Shown here piece by piece: positions 11,055 through 19,238 of a stretch of DNA of 64,000 nt; within the stretch, counting starts at the first letter, position 1, and each line of letters opens with the position of its first letter. Both the position numbers and the translations under genes were made by a program. Source of the DNA: an uncultured Acidobacteriota bacterium (GTDB taxonomy: Bacteria; Acidobacteriota; Thermoanaerobaculia; UBA5066). Location: contig CAVZYA010000001.1 in assembly GCA_963779415.1 (NCBI GenBank), positions 160,001-224,000 of the forward strand. The letters are read 5' to 3'. The notes below the pieces were generated by a model, which did no database searches, had not been told where the DNA came from, and was given only the letters and a program-made list of their open reading frames with translations.

Positions 11055-11111
11055 CGGGTTCGCCGGCGATTTTTCGGTTAGGATCTCGCGGTCCTCGGAC
11101 GGGAGGGGCTC

Positions 11112-12056
11112 ATGGCATTCGAGAACGTCAGGAAAATCTGGATGAACGGCAAGCTCGTCGACTTCGCCGACGCGAAGATCCACATCTTCACGCACGCGCT
11201 TCACTACGGCTCGGGCGTCTTCGAGGGCGAGCGGTGCTACGACACGGCGCGCGGCCCCGCGGTCTTCCGCCTCGAGGAGCACCTCGACCGCCTCCTCTGG
11301 TCGGCCAAGATCTACCGGATGCAGATCCCGTACTCGATTGATCAGCTCAAGGAAGCGACCCTCGAGACGATTCGCGCGAACGGCTTCAAGGCGTGCTACA
11401 TCCGCCCGCTCGTCTACCGGGGCTTCGGCTCTCTCGGCGTGAATCCCTTCCCGAACCCGGTGGACGTCGCGATCGGCTGCTACGAGTGGGGGAAGTACCT
11501 CGGACCGGAGGCGCTCGAGAAGGGCGTGGACGTCTGCTGCTCGTCCTGGATGCGGATCGCGCCGAACACGATGCCGGCCATGGCGAAGGCGACGGCGAAC
11601 TACGCCAACAGCCAGCTCATCAAGATGGAAGCCATCACGAACGGCTACCACGAGGGGATCGCCCTCGACCACAACGGACGCGTCTCGGAAGGCTCGGGCG
11701 AGAACCTCTTCCTCGTCTGGAAGGGGCGCCTCTACACGCCGCCTCTCTCGGCCTCGACGCTTCCGGGGATCACCCGGCTCTCCGTCATCCAGCTCGCTCG
11801 CGAGCTCGGTTTCCACATGGAGGAGAAGACGATCCCTCGCGAGATGATCTACGCCGCCGACGAGATGTTCTTCACCGGAACGGCGGCCGAGATCACGCCG
11901 ATCCGCTCGGTCGACAAGATCCCGGTCGGAGCCGGCTCGCGCGGCACGATGACGGCGAAGCTGCAGAAGGCCTTCTTCGAGATCGTCGAGGGGACGGTGC
12001 CCGACCGTTACGGCTGGCTCACGCCGGTCTACGCAGACGTCCCCGCACGGTCCTGA
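11112..12056 (+). CDS. ilvE: Branched-chain amino acid aminotransferase
   Basis: HALHYGSGVFEG, YIRPL, AKATANY, EGSGENLF, LPGITR, FFTGTAAEITPI. Confidence 0.96.
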   Translation: MAFENVRKIWMNGKLVDFADAKIHIFTHALHYGSGVFEGERCYDTARGPAVFRLEEHLDRLLWSAKIYRMQIPYSIDQLKEATLETIRANGFKACYIRPLVYRGFGSLGVNPFPNPVDVAIGCYEWGKYLGPEALEKGVDVCCSSWMRIAPNTMPAMAKATANYANSQLIKMEAITNGYHEGIALDHNGRVSEGSGENLFLVWKGRLYTPPLSASTLPGITRLSVIQLARELGFHMEEKTIPREMIYAADEMFFTGTAAEITPIRSVDKIPVGAGSRGTMTAKLQKAFFEIVEGTVPDRYGWLTPVYADVPARS

Positions 12057-12823
12057 CGCCGCCGCCGGATCATCTCCGCCACCACCGCGACGGCGATCTC
12101 CTCGGGGGACTCGGCCCCGATGTCGAGGCCGATCGGCGTCGAGATCCGTGCGAACTCCTCGTCGCGCCACCCTTCGGCGCGGAGCTCGTCGAAGAGCGCC
12201 TTCCGCTTCGCCCGGCTCCCCATCATCCCGAGATACGCGACCGGGGCGCCGCGCAGGCGCCGGAGGGCGAGGCCGTCCGTGACGTGCCCGCGCGTCATGA
12301 CGGCGACGCAGTCCGTCGGCGCCGGGGGCGGAAGGTCGGCGTAGTCGTCGGCGACCTTCACGAGTCGCGTCCCTGCGGGAAAGGCGGACGGATCGAGCTG
12401 CTCGGCACGCTCGTCGCAGACGGTCACGTCGTAGCCGGTGATCGCCGCGGCCCGCGCGAGAGCGCGTCCGCAGTGGCCCGCGCCGACGACGAGGAGCCGC
12501 GCCGCCCTCTCGACGATCTCCAGCATCACGGTCGCGCGGCCGCCGCAGACGGCGCCGAAGGAGTTCTCTCCCTCGGGAAGGAAGACGTACTCCTTCGTGA
12601 ACGGGAGGCCCCCCTTCGCGAGGAGCGCTCCCGCGTCCGCGACGACGAGCGACTCGAACTTCCCGCCTCCGATCGTCCCGTGCGTCGTTCCGTCCGGAAG
12701 GACGAGCATCCGTGCGGCGGCTTCGCGCGGCGTCGATCCGACCGCGGAGACGACCGTCGCCATCGCGAGGCGGGGATGCCGCTCCAGAATCGTGGCGAGG
12801 TCCCGGAAGAACTGCGAACTCAT
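12029..12823 (-). CDS. xdhC: XdhC/CoxI family Moco insertion chaperone
   Basis: GSTPR, GTIGGGKFE, CGG, VGAGHCG, YLGMMGSRAK, PIGLDIGAESPEEIAVAVVAE. Confidence 0.92.
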   Translation of the reverse strand: MSSQFFRDLATILERHPRLAMATVVSAVGSTPREAAARMLVLPDGTTHGTIGGGKFESLVVADAGALLAKGGLPFTKEYVFLPEGENSFGAVCGGRATVMLEIVERAARLLVVGAGHCGRALARAAAITGYDVTVCDERAEQLDPSAFPAGTRLVKVADDYADLPPPAPTDCVAVMTRGHVTDGLALRRLRGAPVAYLGMMGSRAKRKALFDELRAEGWRDEEFARISTPIGLDIGAESPEEIAVAVVAEMIRRRRQDRAGTSA

Positions 12824-12832
12824 TTCAGGTCG

Positions 12833-13468
12833 TCACGTTGACTTGCTTGGAAGTGGGAGAGGAGAAGAGCGGAGATCCGTCGGCCGATCCACGTCGCGGA
12901 GGACTCCGTCGTCGAAGCCCTCGAGATGCAGGACCGAGAGATCGGGCTCATTGAAGAGGTCGGAGAGACGCCGGTCGTCTGGCCACGAGAGGATTCTCGG
13001 GACGAGCGCGGTGGAGAACACCAGCGGATGCCCGCGCCCGCCCGCATGTGTGGGGACAGCCAGGGTTCGCTCGTCGAGCGAGCCCGCCGCAGCGAGGACG
13101 ACCCTGAGAGACTCCTTGCTCAGAAAGGGAAGATCGGCGGGGGAGATGGCGACGTGCGTCGAGCGGGCGGCGGCCGCGAGCGCGGCGAGGCCCGCTTTCA
13201 CCGAAGTGAACATTCCATCCTGCCACTTCGGATTCTCGACGCACCGGACCTTCTCTGAGAGGTCTTCTATTACCTTTCTAAGAAGATCTTGCAGGCCATC
13301 GCCTTCGCCCGAAGGCAGCACGACGAGGACCTCGTCGAGTCCGGCGGAGCAGAAGGTCCTCGTCACTCGCCGGAGAACCGGCTCGCCGTCTATCTCCGCG
13401 AGCATCTTCGGCGAGCCGAAGCGCGAGGAGGCGCCTGCCGCGAGGAGGAGCCCGGAGACGAAGCTAAT
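12833..13468 (-). CDS. mocA: MocA-like molybdenum cofactor cytidylyltransferase (probable ATT start at 13468)
   Basis: The in-frame N-terminal motif GLLLAAGASSRFGSPKML lies upstream of the tracked ATG (13405); also NPKWQDGMFTSVKAG, ADLP, GHP, DVDRPTD. Confidence 0.85.
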   Translation of the reverse strand: MSFVSGLLLAAGASSRFGSPKMLAEIDGEPVLRRVTRTFCSAGLDEVLVVLPSGEGDGLQDLLRKVIEDLSEKVRCVENPKWQDGMFTSVKAGLAALAAAARSTHVAISPADLPFLSKESLRVVLAAAGSLDERTLAVPTHAGGRGHPLVFSTALVPRILSWPDDRRLSDLFNEPDLSVLHLEGFDDGVLRDVDRPTDLRSSPLPLPSKST

Positions 13469-13709
13469 CCGCCGCCTCGTAGCAGCCGCGCGGGCTGCGG
13501 CAGTCGGCGAGGTGGCAGGGCCTTTCGTCCGGCCCCACGGACCCCATCGTCTTCAGGCACCAGTAGGACGCGCTCGCCGTCGGATGTTCGGCGGCGTGCG
13601 TCTCCCAGTCGGAGGTGACGTGCATCATCTTCGTCCGGATCTGGCGGCAGCGCGATTCGGGATCCGGCGAGACGTCGCTCCAGGCGGCGGGAAGTTCGGG
13701 AGCGTTCAT
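13464..13709 (-). CDS. Small Cys-rich hypothetical protein (81 aa)
   Basis: ATG overlaps the FAD-subunit stop; fills the gap exactly; five Cys (CRQIRTK, YWCLKTM, C-x4-C-x5-C). Confidence 0.75.
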   Translation of the reverse strand: MNAPELPAAWSDVSPDPESRCRQIRTKMMHVTSDWETHAAEHPTASASYWCLKTMGSVGPDERPCHLADCRSPRGCYEAAD

Positions 13710-14716
13710 GCGTCGGGGGCCCTTTCGGTTCCGTCGGGGAGGCCGGCAGCGGCGAGGAGCGTTCGCCGGACCATCGCCGAGATGAGGGGGACCTTGTAGG
13801 CGTTCTCCGCGAGCGGCGTCGCTCCGTCGACGGCGGCCTTCGCGGCCGCGGCGGCCAGCGCGGCGTCGAGGGTCTTTCCTTCGACGAGGGCCTCGGCCTT
13901 CTTCGCCCGGAACGGGACCGGCGCGGCCGAGCCGAGGACGATCCGGACATCACGTGCCTTGCCCCCGTCGGGACGCCAGGCGACGGCGACGTCGGCGAGC
14001 GGCCAGTCGAAGGACTGCTTCTGCTTCAGCTTCCGGTAGGCCGAGACGAGACCGGCCGCCTTCGGGATCGAGACCTCGACGATCAGCTCGGAGGCCGTGA
14101 GGACGTTCTCGGCCCCGAGGTCGTCCTCGGGACGGACGAAGAAGGAGGCGATCGGAATCGACCGTGGGCCCGAAGGCGAGATCGTCTCGATCGTGGCACC
14201 GTATGCGAGGAGGGCGACGCCGGCGGCGGAGGGGTGGACGATCGCGCAGGTCGTGTTGCCGAAGACGGCGTGATAGACGTTCTCTCCCTTCTGGGCGAAG
14301 CACTCTCCGCCTCCCTTTTTCAGGCACTGGAAGTCGGCGGAGCGGAAATACCAGCAGCGCGGCCGCTGGCAGAGGTTCCCCGCGAGGGTGGCCGCATTCC
14401 GGATCTGAGGGGTGGCCGCCCCCTCGCAGGCCTCGGCGAGGGCGGGGAACTCCGTCCGGATGCCTTCGGCGACCTCACGGAGGGTGACGAGAGCGCCTAT
14501 CCGGACCTCACCGCCGTCGCGGCGGACCGTCCGGTGCTCCGCGAGGCGCCGGAGGTCGACGACCCGGTCGGGCGCGGCCGTCCGTTCCTTCAGGCGCTCG
14601 ACGATGTCGATTCCGGCCCCTTTCGCCTCGGCCGCGACGTGCGCCTTGCGCGCCGCCTCGAGGGCGAGGAGGGCGTCGTTCCAGTCCCGGGGCTGGACTC
14701 TCTCGAAGCTCTTCAT
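13706..14716 (-). CDS. Molybdenum hydroxylase FAD subunit (PaoB/YagS-like, with 4Fe-4S insertion)
   Basis: ATG 14716 overlaps the Mo-subunit stop; ATPQIRNAATLAGNLCQRPRCWYFR...CLKKGG.ECFA...CAIVHPS; ENAYKV. Confidence 0.9.
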   Translation of the reverse strand: MKSFERVQPRDWNDALLALEAARKAHVAAEAKGAGIDIVERLKERTAAPDRVVDLRRLAEHRTVRRDGGEVRIGALVTLREVAEGIRTEFPALAEACEGAATPQIRNAATLAGNLCQRPRCWYFRSADFQCLKKGGGECFAQKGENVYHAVFGNTTCAIVHPSAAGVALLAYGATIETISPSGPRSIPIASFFVRPEDDLGAENVLTASELIVEVSIPKAAGLVSAYRKLKQKQSFDWPLADVAVAWRPDGGKARDVRIVLGSAAPVPFRAKKAEALVEGKTLDAALAAAAAKAAVDGATPLAENAYKVPLISAMVRRTLLAAAGLPDGTERAPDA

Positions 14717-17046
14717 GACCGCGCCCCCTTTTCCGGGGCGAGGCTTCCCGCGCGCGCGGAGTTCACGGCGGCCAGCACGCGGGCCGGCGTCAGCGGGATC
14801 TCCGTGACCCGGATCCCGAGCGCGTGCGAGACGGCGTTGGCGACGGCGGCCGACGTGGGGATCGTCGCCGGCTCGCCGATGCCGCGGGTATGGGTGTTGT
14901 TCCTTCCGGCGTAGAGCTCCATCAGGATCGGAACGATCTCGGGAGCGTCCTTCACGCCGAGAATCTTGTAGCTCTCGAGGTTCGGGTTCATCACGCGCCC
15001 GCTCCGCCGGTCGATGTGCCGCTCTTCGAAGAGGGCGAAGCTGATTCCCTGAAGAATGCCGCCCCGGATCTGCCCCTCGGCGCCCGTCCGCCAGACGGGG
15101 AGGCCGCAGTCGTGGACGGCGACGACCTTCTCGACCGAGACGAGGCCGGTCTCCGTATCGACGACGACATCGGCGAACTGGACCCCGAAAATGCGCGAAT
15201 CGGTCCCGTCGTAATCCTTCGCGCGGTCCCCGGTGGCGACGAGGACGTCTCCCGGGAGCCTCGCGCAGACGCTCTTCCACGGGACGCTCTTCCCGCCCGC
15301 GAGGAAGACCCCTTCGCCGACGGTGACGGATCCTTCCGGGGCGCCGAGAAGCGGGGCCGCGATCGCCACAAGCTTCCGTGCCGCGTTCCATGCGGCGGCG
15401 CGGACGGCGGGGATCAGGGAGACGGTCGTGGTGGAGCCGCCCGAGGCCGGACCGAAGGGATAGGCCGTCGAACCCCACTTGACGCGGATCGCCCCGGGGG
15501 CGAGACCCAGCTCCTCGGCCACCGTCACCGCGATCGTCGTCGGATTGCCGCAGCCGATCTCCTGGACGCCGTTCTCCGCTTCGACGCTTCCGTCTCGATG
15601 GACGCGGACATGGACCTGCGAGCCGGGGCTGACGATGTTGTACCAGACCGATGCGGCGCATCCGAGGCCGCGCCGGAGGGGAAGCCCCTTCGCCTCCGCC
15701 TCGCGGTTCCTCTCCGTCAGGGCGGCGCGGCGCTCCCAGCGGATCTCCTTCGCGCCGCGCTCCCACTCCGCGCGGCGGATGTCGACCGGGTCGTTGGCGA
15801 GGCGGACGGCGAGGGGATCCATCTTCAGCCGGGCGGCGATCTCGTCGAGAACGGCCTCGACGGCAAGGGTTCCCTGCGGGTGGCCGGGGGCGCGCATCGC
15901 GCAGCCAGGGCCGAGGTTGGTGAAGACGTCGAACTCCTCGACGGCCACGTTGGGGAAGGCGTAGGAGTTCTTGACGACGGAGCCCGTCCCGGCTCCCGTC
16001 GCGACTCCCGCCGTACCGAACGAGGCGTACGAGAACGCCGTGACGGTGCCGTCCTTCCGGTAGGCCGCCTTCATCCGGTTGAGCGAATCGGGGCGGTTTC
16101 CGGCTGCGAGCTGGTCTTCCTTCCGGTCGAGGACGAGTCGCACGGGCTTTCCGGCCTTCCTGGCGAGCTTCGCGGCGAGGACGCCGTGGTCGCCGGCGCC
16201 GAACTTCGACCCGAATCCCCCGCCGACGTACTCGGCGGTGACGTGGACCTTGTCCTTCGAAAGGCCGAACACCTGCGCCAGCTCGTCCCGGACCGAGAAG
16301 ACCCCCTGGGTGGAGGCGACGACGAAGAGCTCCCCCTCCTTCCACTCGGCGAACGAGGAATGCGTCTCCATGCAGGCGTGGGTCTGGACCTGCGTCCGGA
16401 AGGAGAGCTCGACCACCCCGTCCGCCTCGACGAAGAGCTTCGCGAGATCCTTCTCGCCGCGTCCCGAGGCCCGGGGCCCGCGGATGTTTCCGGTCTGCGC
16501 GACGGCGCCGCTTCCCCCCGGCGCGTCGCCGGCCGTCCGGTGCTCCTCGACCGGCTTTTCGAAGACGAGGGGCGCGTCCGGCTTCATCGCCTCCTCGAGA
16601 GTGACGACGTGGGGGAGGACGTCGTACTTCACGACGACGGCGTGGAGGGCGTCTTCGGCCGCGGCCGCCGAGGGGGCCGCGAGCGCGAGAACCGGGTCGC
16701 CCTGATAACGGACTTCCTTCTTTTCGAGAAGCTCGAAGACGACGCCGGGCATCCTCGCGAGGGCCGATGTGTCGACGGAGAGGATCCGGGCGTGAGCGTG
16801 GGGCGACCGGAGAATCCGGCCGTAGAGGAGGTCCGTCCGACGGACGTCGTGGGTGTAGACGGCGCGGCCGGTCGCCTTGAAGCGGCCGTCGAGGCGCGGC
16901 TGGCGGCCGCCGAAGACACGCCGAGGCGTCCCCTCGGCGAGCGGCGGCGGATCCCCGGCCGGAATCTCGACCTCCTTCTCGACGGTCTTCCCGGCGAGGC
17001 CGATGCGGATCTTCGTCTTCGGGGCGCTCGCCGTCGGCTCAGGCAT
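14713..17046 (-). CDS. Molybdenum hydroxylase Moco-binding large subunit (xanthine dehydrogenase family)
   Basis: KATGRAVY, RSPHAHARI, HACMETH, VGGGFGSK, AMRAPGHPQG, GQIRGGILQGIS, GIGEP (catalytic Glu). Confidence 0.94.
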   Translation of the reverse strand: MPEPTASAPKTKIRIGLAGKTVEKEVEIPAGDPPPLAEGTPRRVFGGRQPRLDGRFKATGRAVYTHDVRRTDLLYGRILRSPHAHARILSVDTSALARMPGVVFELLEKKEVRYQGDPVLALAAPSAAAAEDALHAVVVKYDVLPHVVTLEEAMKPDAPLVFEKPVEEHRTAGDAPGGSGAVAQTGNIRGPRASGRGEKDLAKLFVEADGVVELSFRTQVQTHACMETHSSFAEWKEGELFVVASTQGVFSVRDELAQVFGLSKDKVHVTAEYVGGGFGSKFGAGDHGVLAAKLARKAGKPVRLVLDRKEDQLAAGNRPDSLNRMKAAYRKDGTVTAFSYASFGTAGVATGAGTGSVVKNSYAFPNVAVEEFDVFTNLGPGCAMRAPGHPQGTLAVEAVLDEIAARLKMDPLAVRLANDPVDIRRAEWERGAKEIRWERRAALTERNREAEAKGLPLRRGLGCAASVWYNIVSPGSQVHVRVHRDGSVEAENGVQEIGCGNPTTIAVTVAEELGLAPGAIRVKWGSTAYPFGPASGGSTTTVSLIPAVRAAAWNAARKLVAIAAPLLGAPEGSVTVGEGVFLAGGKSVPWKSVCARLPGDVLVATGDRAKDYDGTDSRIFGVQFADVVVDTETGLVSVEKVVAVHDCGLPVWRTGAEGQIRGGILQGISFALFEERHIDRRSGRVMNPNLESYKILGVKDAPEIVPILMELYAGRNNTHTRGIGEPATIPTSAAVANAVSHALGIRVTEIPLTPARVLAAVNSARAGSLAPEKGARS

Positions 17047-17629
17047 GGCGGCCTCCCTTGCGGGCGCTCTCGCACGCGGCGACGATCTCGTTGTAGGCGC
17101 CGCACCGGCAGAGGTTGCCCGCCATGCCGATCCGGATCTCGGCGGGGGTCGGGTCGGGATTCCGCCTCAGGAGCCCTTCCGCCGCCACGACCATTCCCGG
17201 CGTGCAGAAGCCGCACTGAAGCCCGTCGGCGTCGATGAAAGCCTGCTGGAGGGGCGAGAGCGCGTCCGGAGAGCCGAGCCCCTCGATCGTCGTCACGCTC
17301 CGTCCGTCGGCGTCGTGGACGAGCGTGAGGCACGAGTTCACCGCGAGGCCGTCGAGCAGGACCGTGCAGGCCCCGCAGGCGCCCCGGTCGCACCCGATCT
17401 TCGTCCCCGTGAGTCCCCATGCCTCCCGGAGAGCCTCGGCGAGCGTCGTCCGCGCCTCGAAGACGCCCTGCCGGGGCGTCCCGTTCACGTTCACGGTCAC
17501 CATCCCGTCCGCGGGGCGTTTCCGCTCCCCGGCGAGGGCGGTGGCGCCGGAGGCCGCTCCCGCGACCGCGGTCGTGGCGATCCCCTTCAGGAGACCGCGC
17601 CGTGTCACGCCTTTTCCGTTGTCGGTCAT
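17039..17629 (-). CDS. Molybdenum hydroxylase 2x[2Fe-2S] subunit with Tat signal (PaoA-like)
   Basis: SD GGAGGTGGAG before ATG 17629; VTRRGLLKG twin-arginine motif; GCDRGACGAC...C and QCGFCTPG...NLCRC. Confidence 0.93.
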   Translation of the reverse strand: MTDNGKGVTRRGLLKGIATTAVAGAASGATALAGERKRPADGMVTVNVNGTPRQGVFEARTTLAEALREAWGLTGTKIGCDRGACGACTVLLDGLAVNSCLTLVHDADGRSVTTIEGLGSPDALSPLQQAFIDADGLQCGFCTPGMVVAAEGLLRRNPDPTPAEIRIGMAGNLCRCGAYNEIVAACESARKGGRHA

Positions 17630-17675
17630 CTCCACCTCCCCCGGGCGCAAAACTATACCGCCGGGCGGCTTTTCG

Positions 17676-17705
17676 TTGACCTCGGCGAGGCCGACGACCT
17701 ATTCT
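17676..17705 (+). promoter_or_regulatory. Putative sigma70 promoter of pilT-recX-alaS
   Basis: TTGACC-18 nt-TATTCT, ending 16 nt before the pilT ATG. Confidence 0.5.
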
Positions 17706-17721
17706 GAGATCGAGGCACGGC

Positions 17722-18894
17722 ATGCACATCAACGATCTCCTGAAGATCGCGGTCGAGAGGAAGGCCTCGGACCTTCATCTGAAGGTCGGTGCGCATCCCA
17801 TCCTCCGGGTGGACGGCGAGTTGATCCCGCTCGTCGACCTGAAGCGCCTCATGCAGGAGGACACGATCGCGATGGCGTTCTCGATCATGTCCTCCCGCCA
17901 GAAGGAGAAGTTCAAGAACAACTACGAGATCGACATCGCCTACTCCGTTCCGGGGCTGGGGCGGTTCCGCTGCAACATCTTCCAGCAGCGGGGAACGGTC
18001 GGTCTCGTCTGCCGGGTCATTCCGGCCCGCATCCTCGCGATCCGCGAGCTTCTCCTGCCGCCGGTCATCGAGAAGATCTGCGAGGAGACGCGCGGGCTCG
18101 TCCTCGTGACGGGGACGACCGGGTCGGGCAAGTCGACGACGCTGGCCGCGATGATCGACTACATCAACGCGACCCGCTCCGAGCACATCATGACGATCGA
18201 GGACCCGGTCGAGTTCCTCCACCGGGACAAGAAGTCGATCGTCAACCAGCGCGAGCTGGAGGTGGACACGCGCTCCTTCGCGGCGGCCATCCGGTCGGCG
18301 CTCCGCCAGGACCCCGACGTCATCCTCGTCGGCGAAATGCGCGACTTCGAGACGGTGGAGACGGCCCTCCTCTCGGCCGAGACCGGCCACCTCGTCATGT
18401 CGACCCTCCATACCGTCGACGCGACGGAGACCGTCAACCGGATCATCTCGGTCTTCCCGCCGCACCAGCAGAAGCAGATCCGCCTTCAGCTCGCGGCCGT
18501 GATCAAGGCGGTCATCTCGATGCGCCTTCTCCCTCGCTCGGACGGCCTCGGGCGCGTCCCGGCCGTCGAGGTGATGGTCGCGACGAACTACATCCGGGAC
18601 TGCATCGAGAACAAGGAGAAGACGAAGTACATCCACGACGCGATCAAGGCCGGCACGTCCCAGTACGGGATGCAGACCTTCGACCAGTCGCTCTACCAGC
18701 TCTACAAGAGCGGGCTCATCACCCTCGAGGAGGCGATGCGCCGGTCGACGAACCCGAACGAGTTCCGCCTGAGGATCCAGGGGATCCAGTCCACCTCGGA
18801 CGTCTCGACCGAGATGATGGAGGGCTCGCTGGACGCGCCGGAGACGCGCTCCGAGGCGGACTCGCCCTTCGACTTCTCGAACCAGACGGGGTGA
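17722..18894 (+). CDS. pilT: Type IV pilus retraction ATPase PilT/PilU family
   Basis: ASDLHL, GTTGSGKSTT, TIEDPVEF, ALRQDPDVILVGEMRD, ETGHLVMSTLHT, GMQTFDQSL. Confidence 0.93.
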   Translation: MHINDLLKIAVERKASDLHLKVGAHPILRVDGELIPLVDLKRLMQEDTIAMAFSIMSSRQKEKFKNNYEIDIAYSVPGLGRFRCNIFQQRGTVGLVCRVIPARILAIRELLLPPVIEKICEETRGLVLVTGTTGSGKSTTLAAMIDYINATRSEHIMTIEDPVEFLHRDKKSIVNQRELEVDTRSFAAAIRSALRQDPDVILVGEMRDFETVETALLSAETGHLVMSTLHTVDATETVNRIISVFPPHQQKQIRLQLAAVIKAVISMRLLPRSDGLGRVPAVEVMVATNYIRDCIENKEKTKYIHDAIKAGTSQYGMQTFDQSLYQLYKSGLITLEEAMRRSTNPNEFRLRIQGIQSTSDVSTEMMEGSLDAPETRSEADSPFDFSNQTG

Positions 18895-19238
18895 GCCTCC
18901 GCGCCCGCGAGACCGCGCTCGCGCTCCTCTCGCGACGCGCGTACACCGGGGCGGCGCTCGCCCGGGCGCTCGTCGCGCGGGGCATCCGGGAGTCCGAGGC
19001 GGCCGCCGTCATCGCGGAGTTCGAGGCGAAGCGGTACCTCGACGACGAGGCCGAAGCGCTGGAGCGCGCGCTGGCGCGGAAGGTGCGGGCGCTCCCTCCC
19101 GGATTGACGCCGGAGGCGCGGTCGAAGAAACTCTTCGCCCACCTCGTGCGGCGCGGCTTCGCTCCCGGCGCCGTGATCGAGGCGCTCCACCGGAAAGGCG
19201 AGGCCACAGATGACGACTTCCCGGGCGTGGACGTCTAG
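18891..19238 (+). CDS. recX: RecX-like regulator (short, 115 aa)
   Basis: ALALLSRRAYT...YLDD...KLFAHLVRRGF; GTG overlaps the pilT stop; precedes alaS. Confidence 0.8.
   Translation: MSLRARETALALLSRRAYTGAALARALVARGIRESEAAAVIAEFEAKRYLDDEAEALERALARKVRALPPGLTPEARSKKLFAHLVRRGFAPGAVIEALHRKGEATDDDFPGVDV

Noticed and set aside
13706-16345. 879-aa ORF suggesting a long N-terminal extension on the FAD subunit
   Set aside because: The upstream part is an alternative frame of the Mo subunit; the real start is ATG 14716 with an SD.
14824-17238. 804-aa plus-strand ORF
   Set aside because: Antisense shadow of the Mo-hydroxylase genes.
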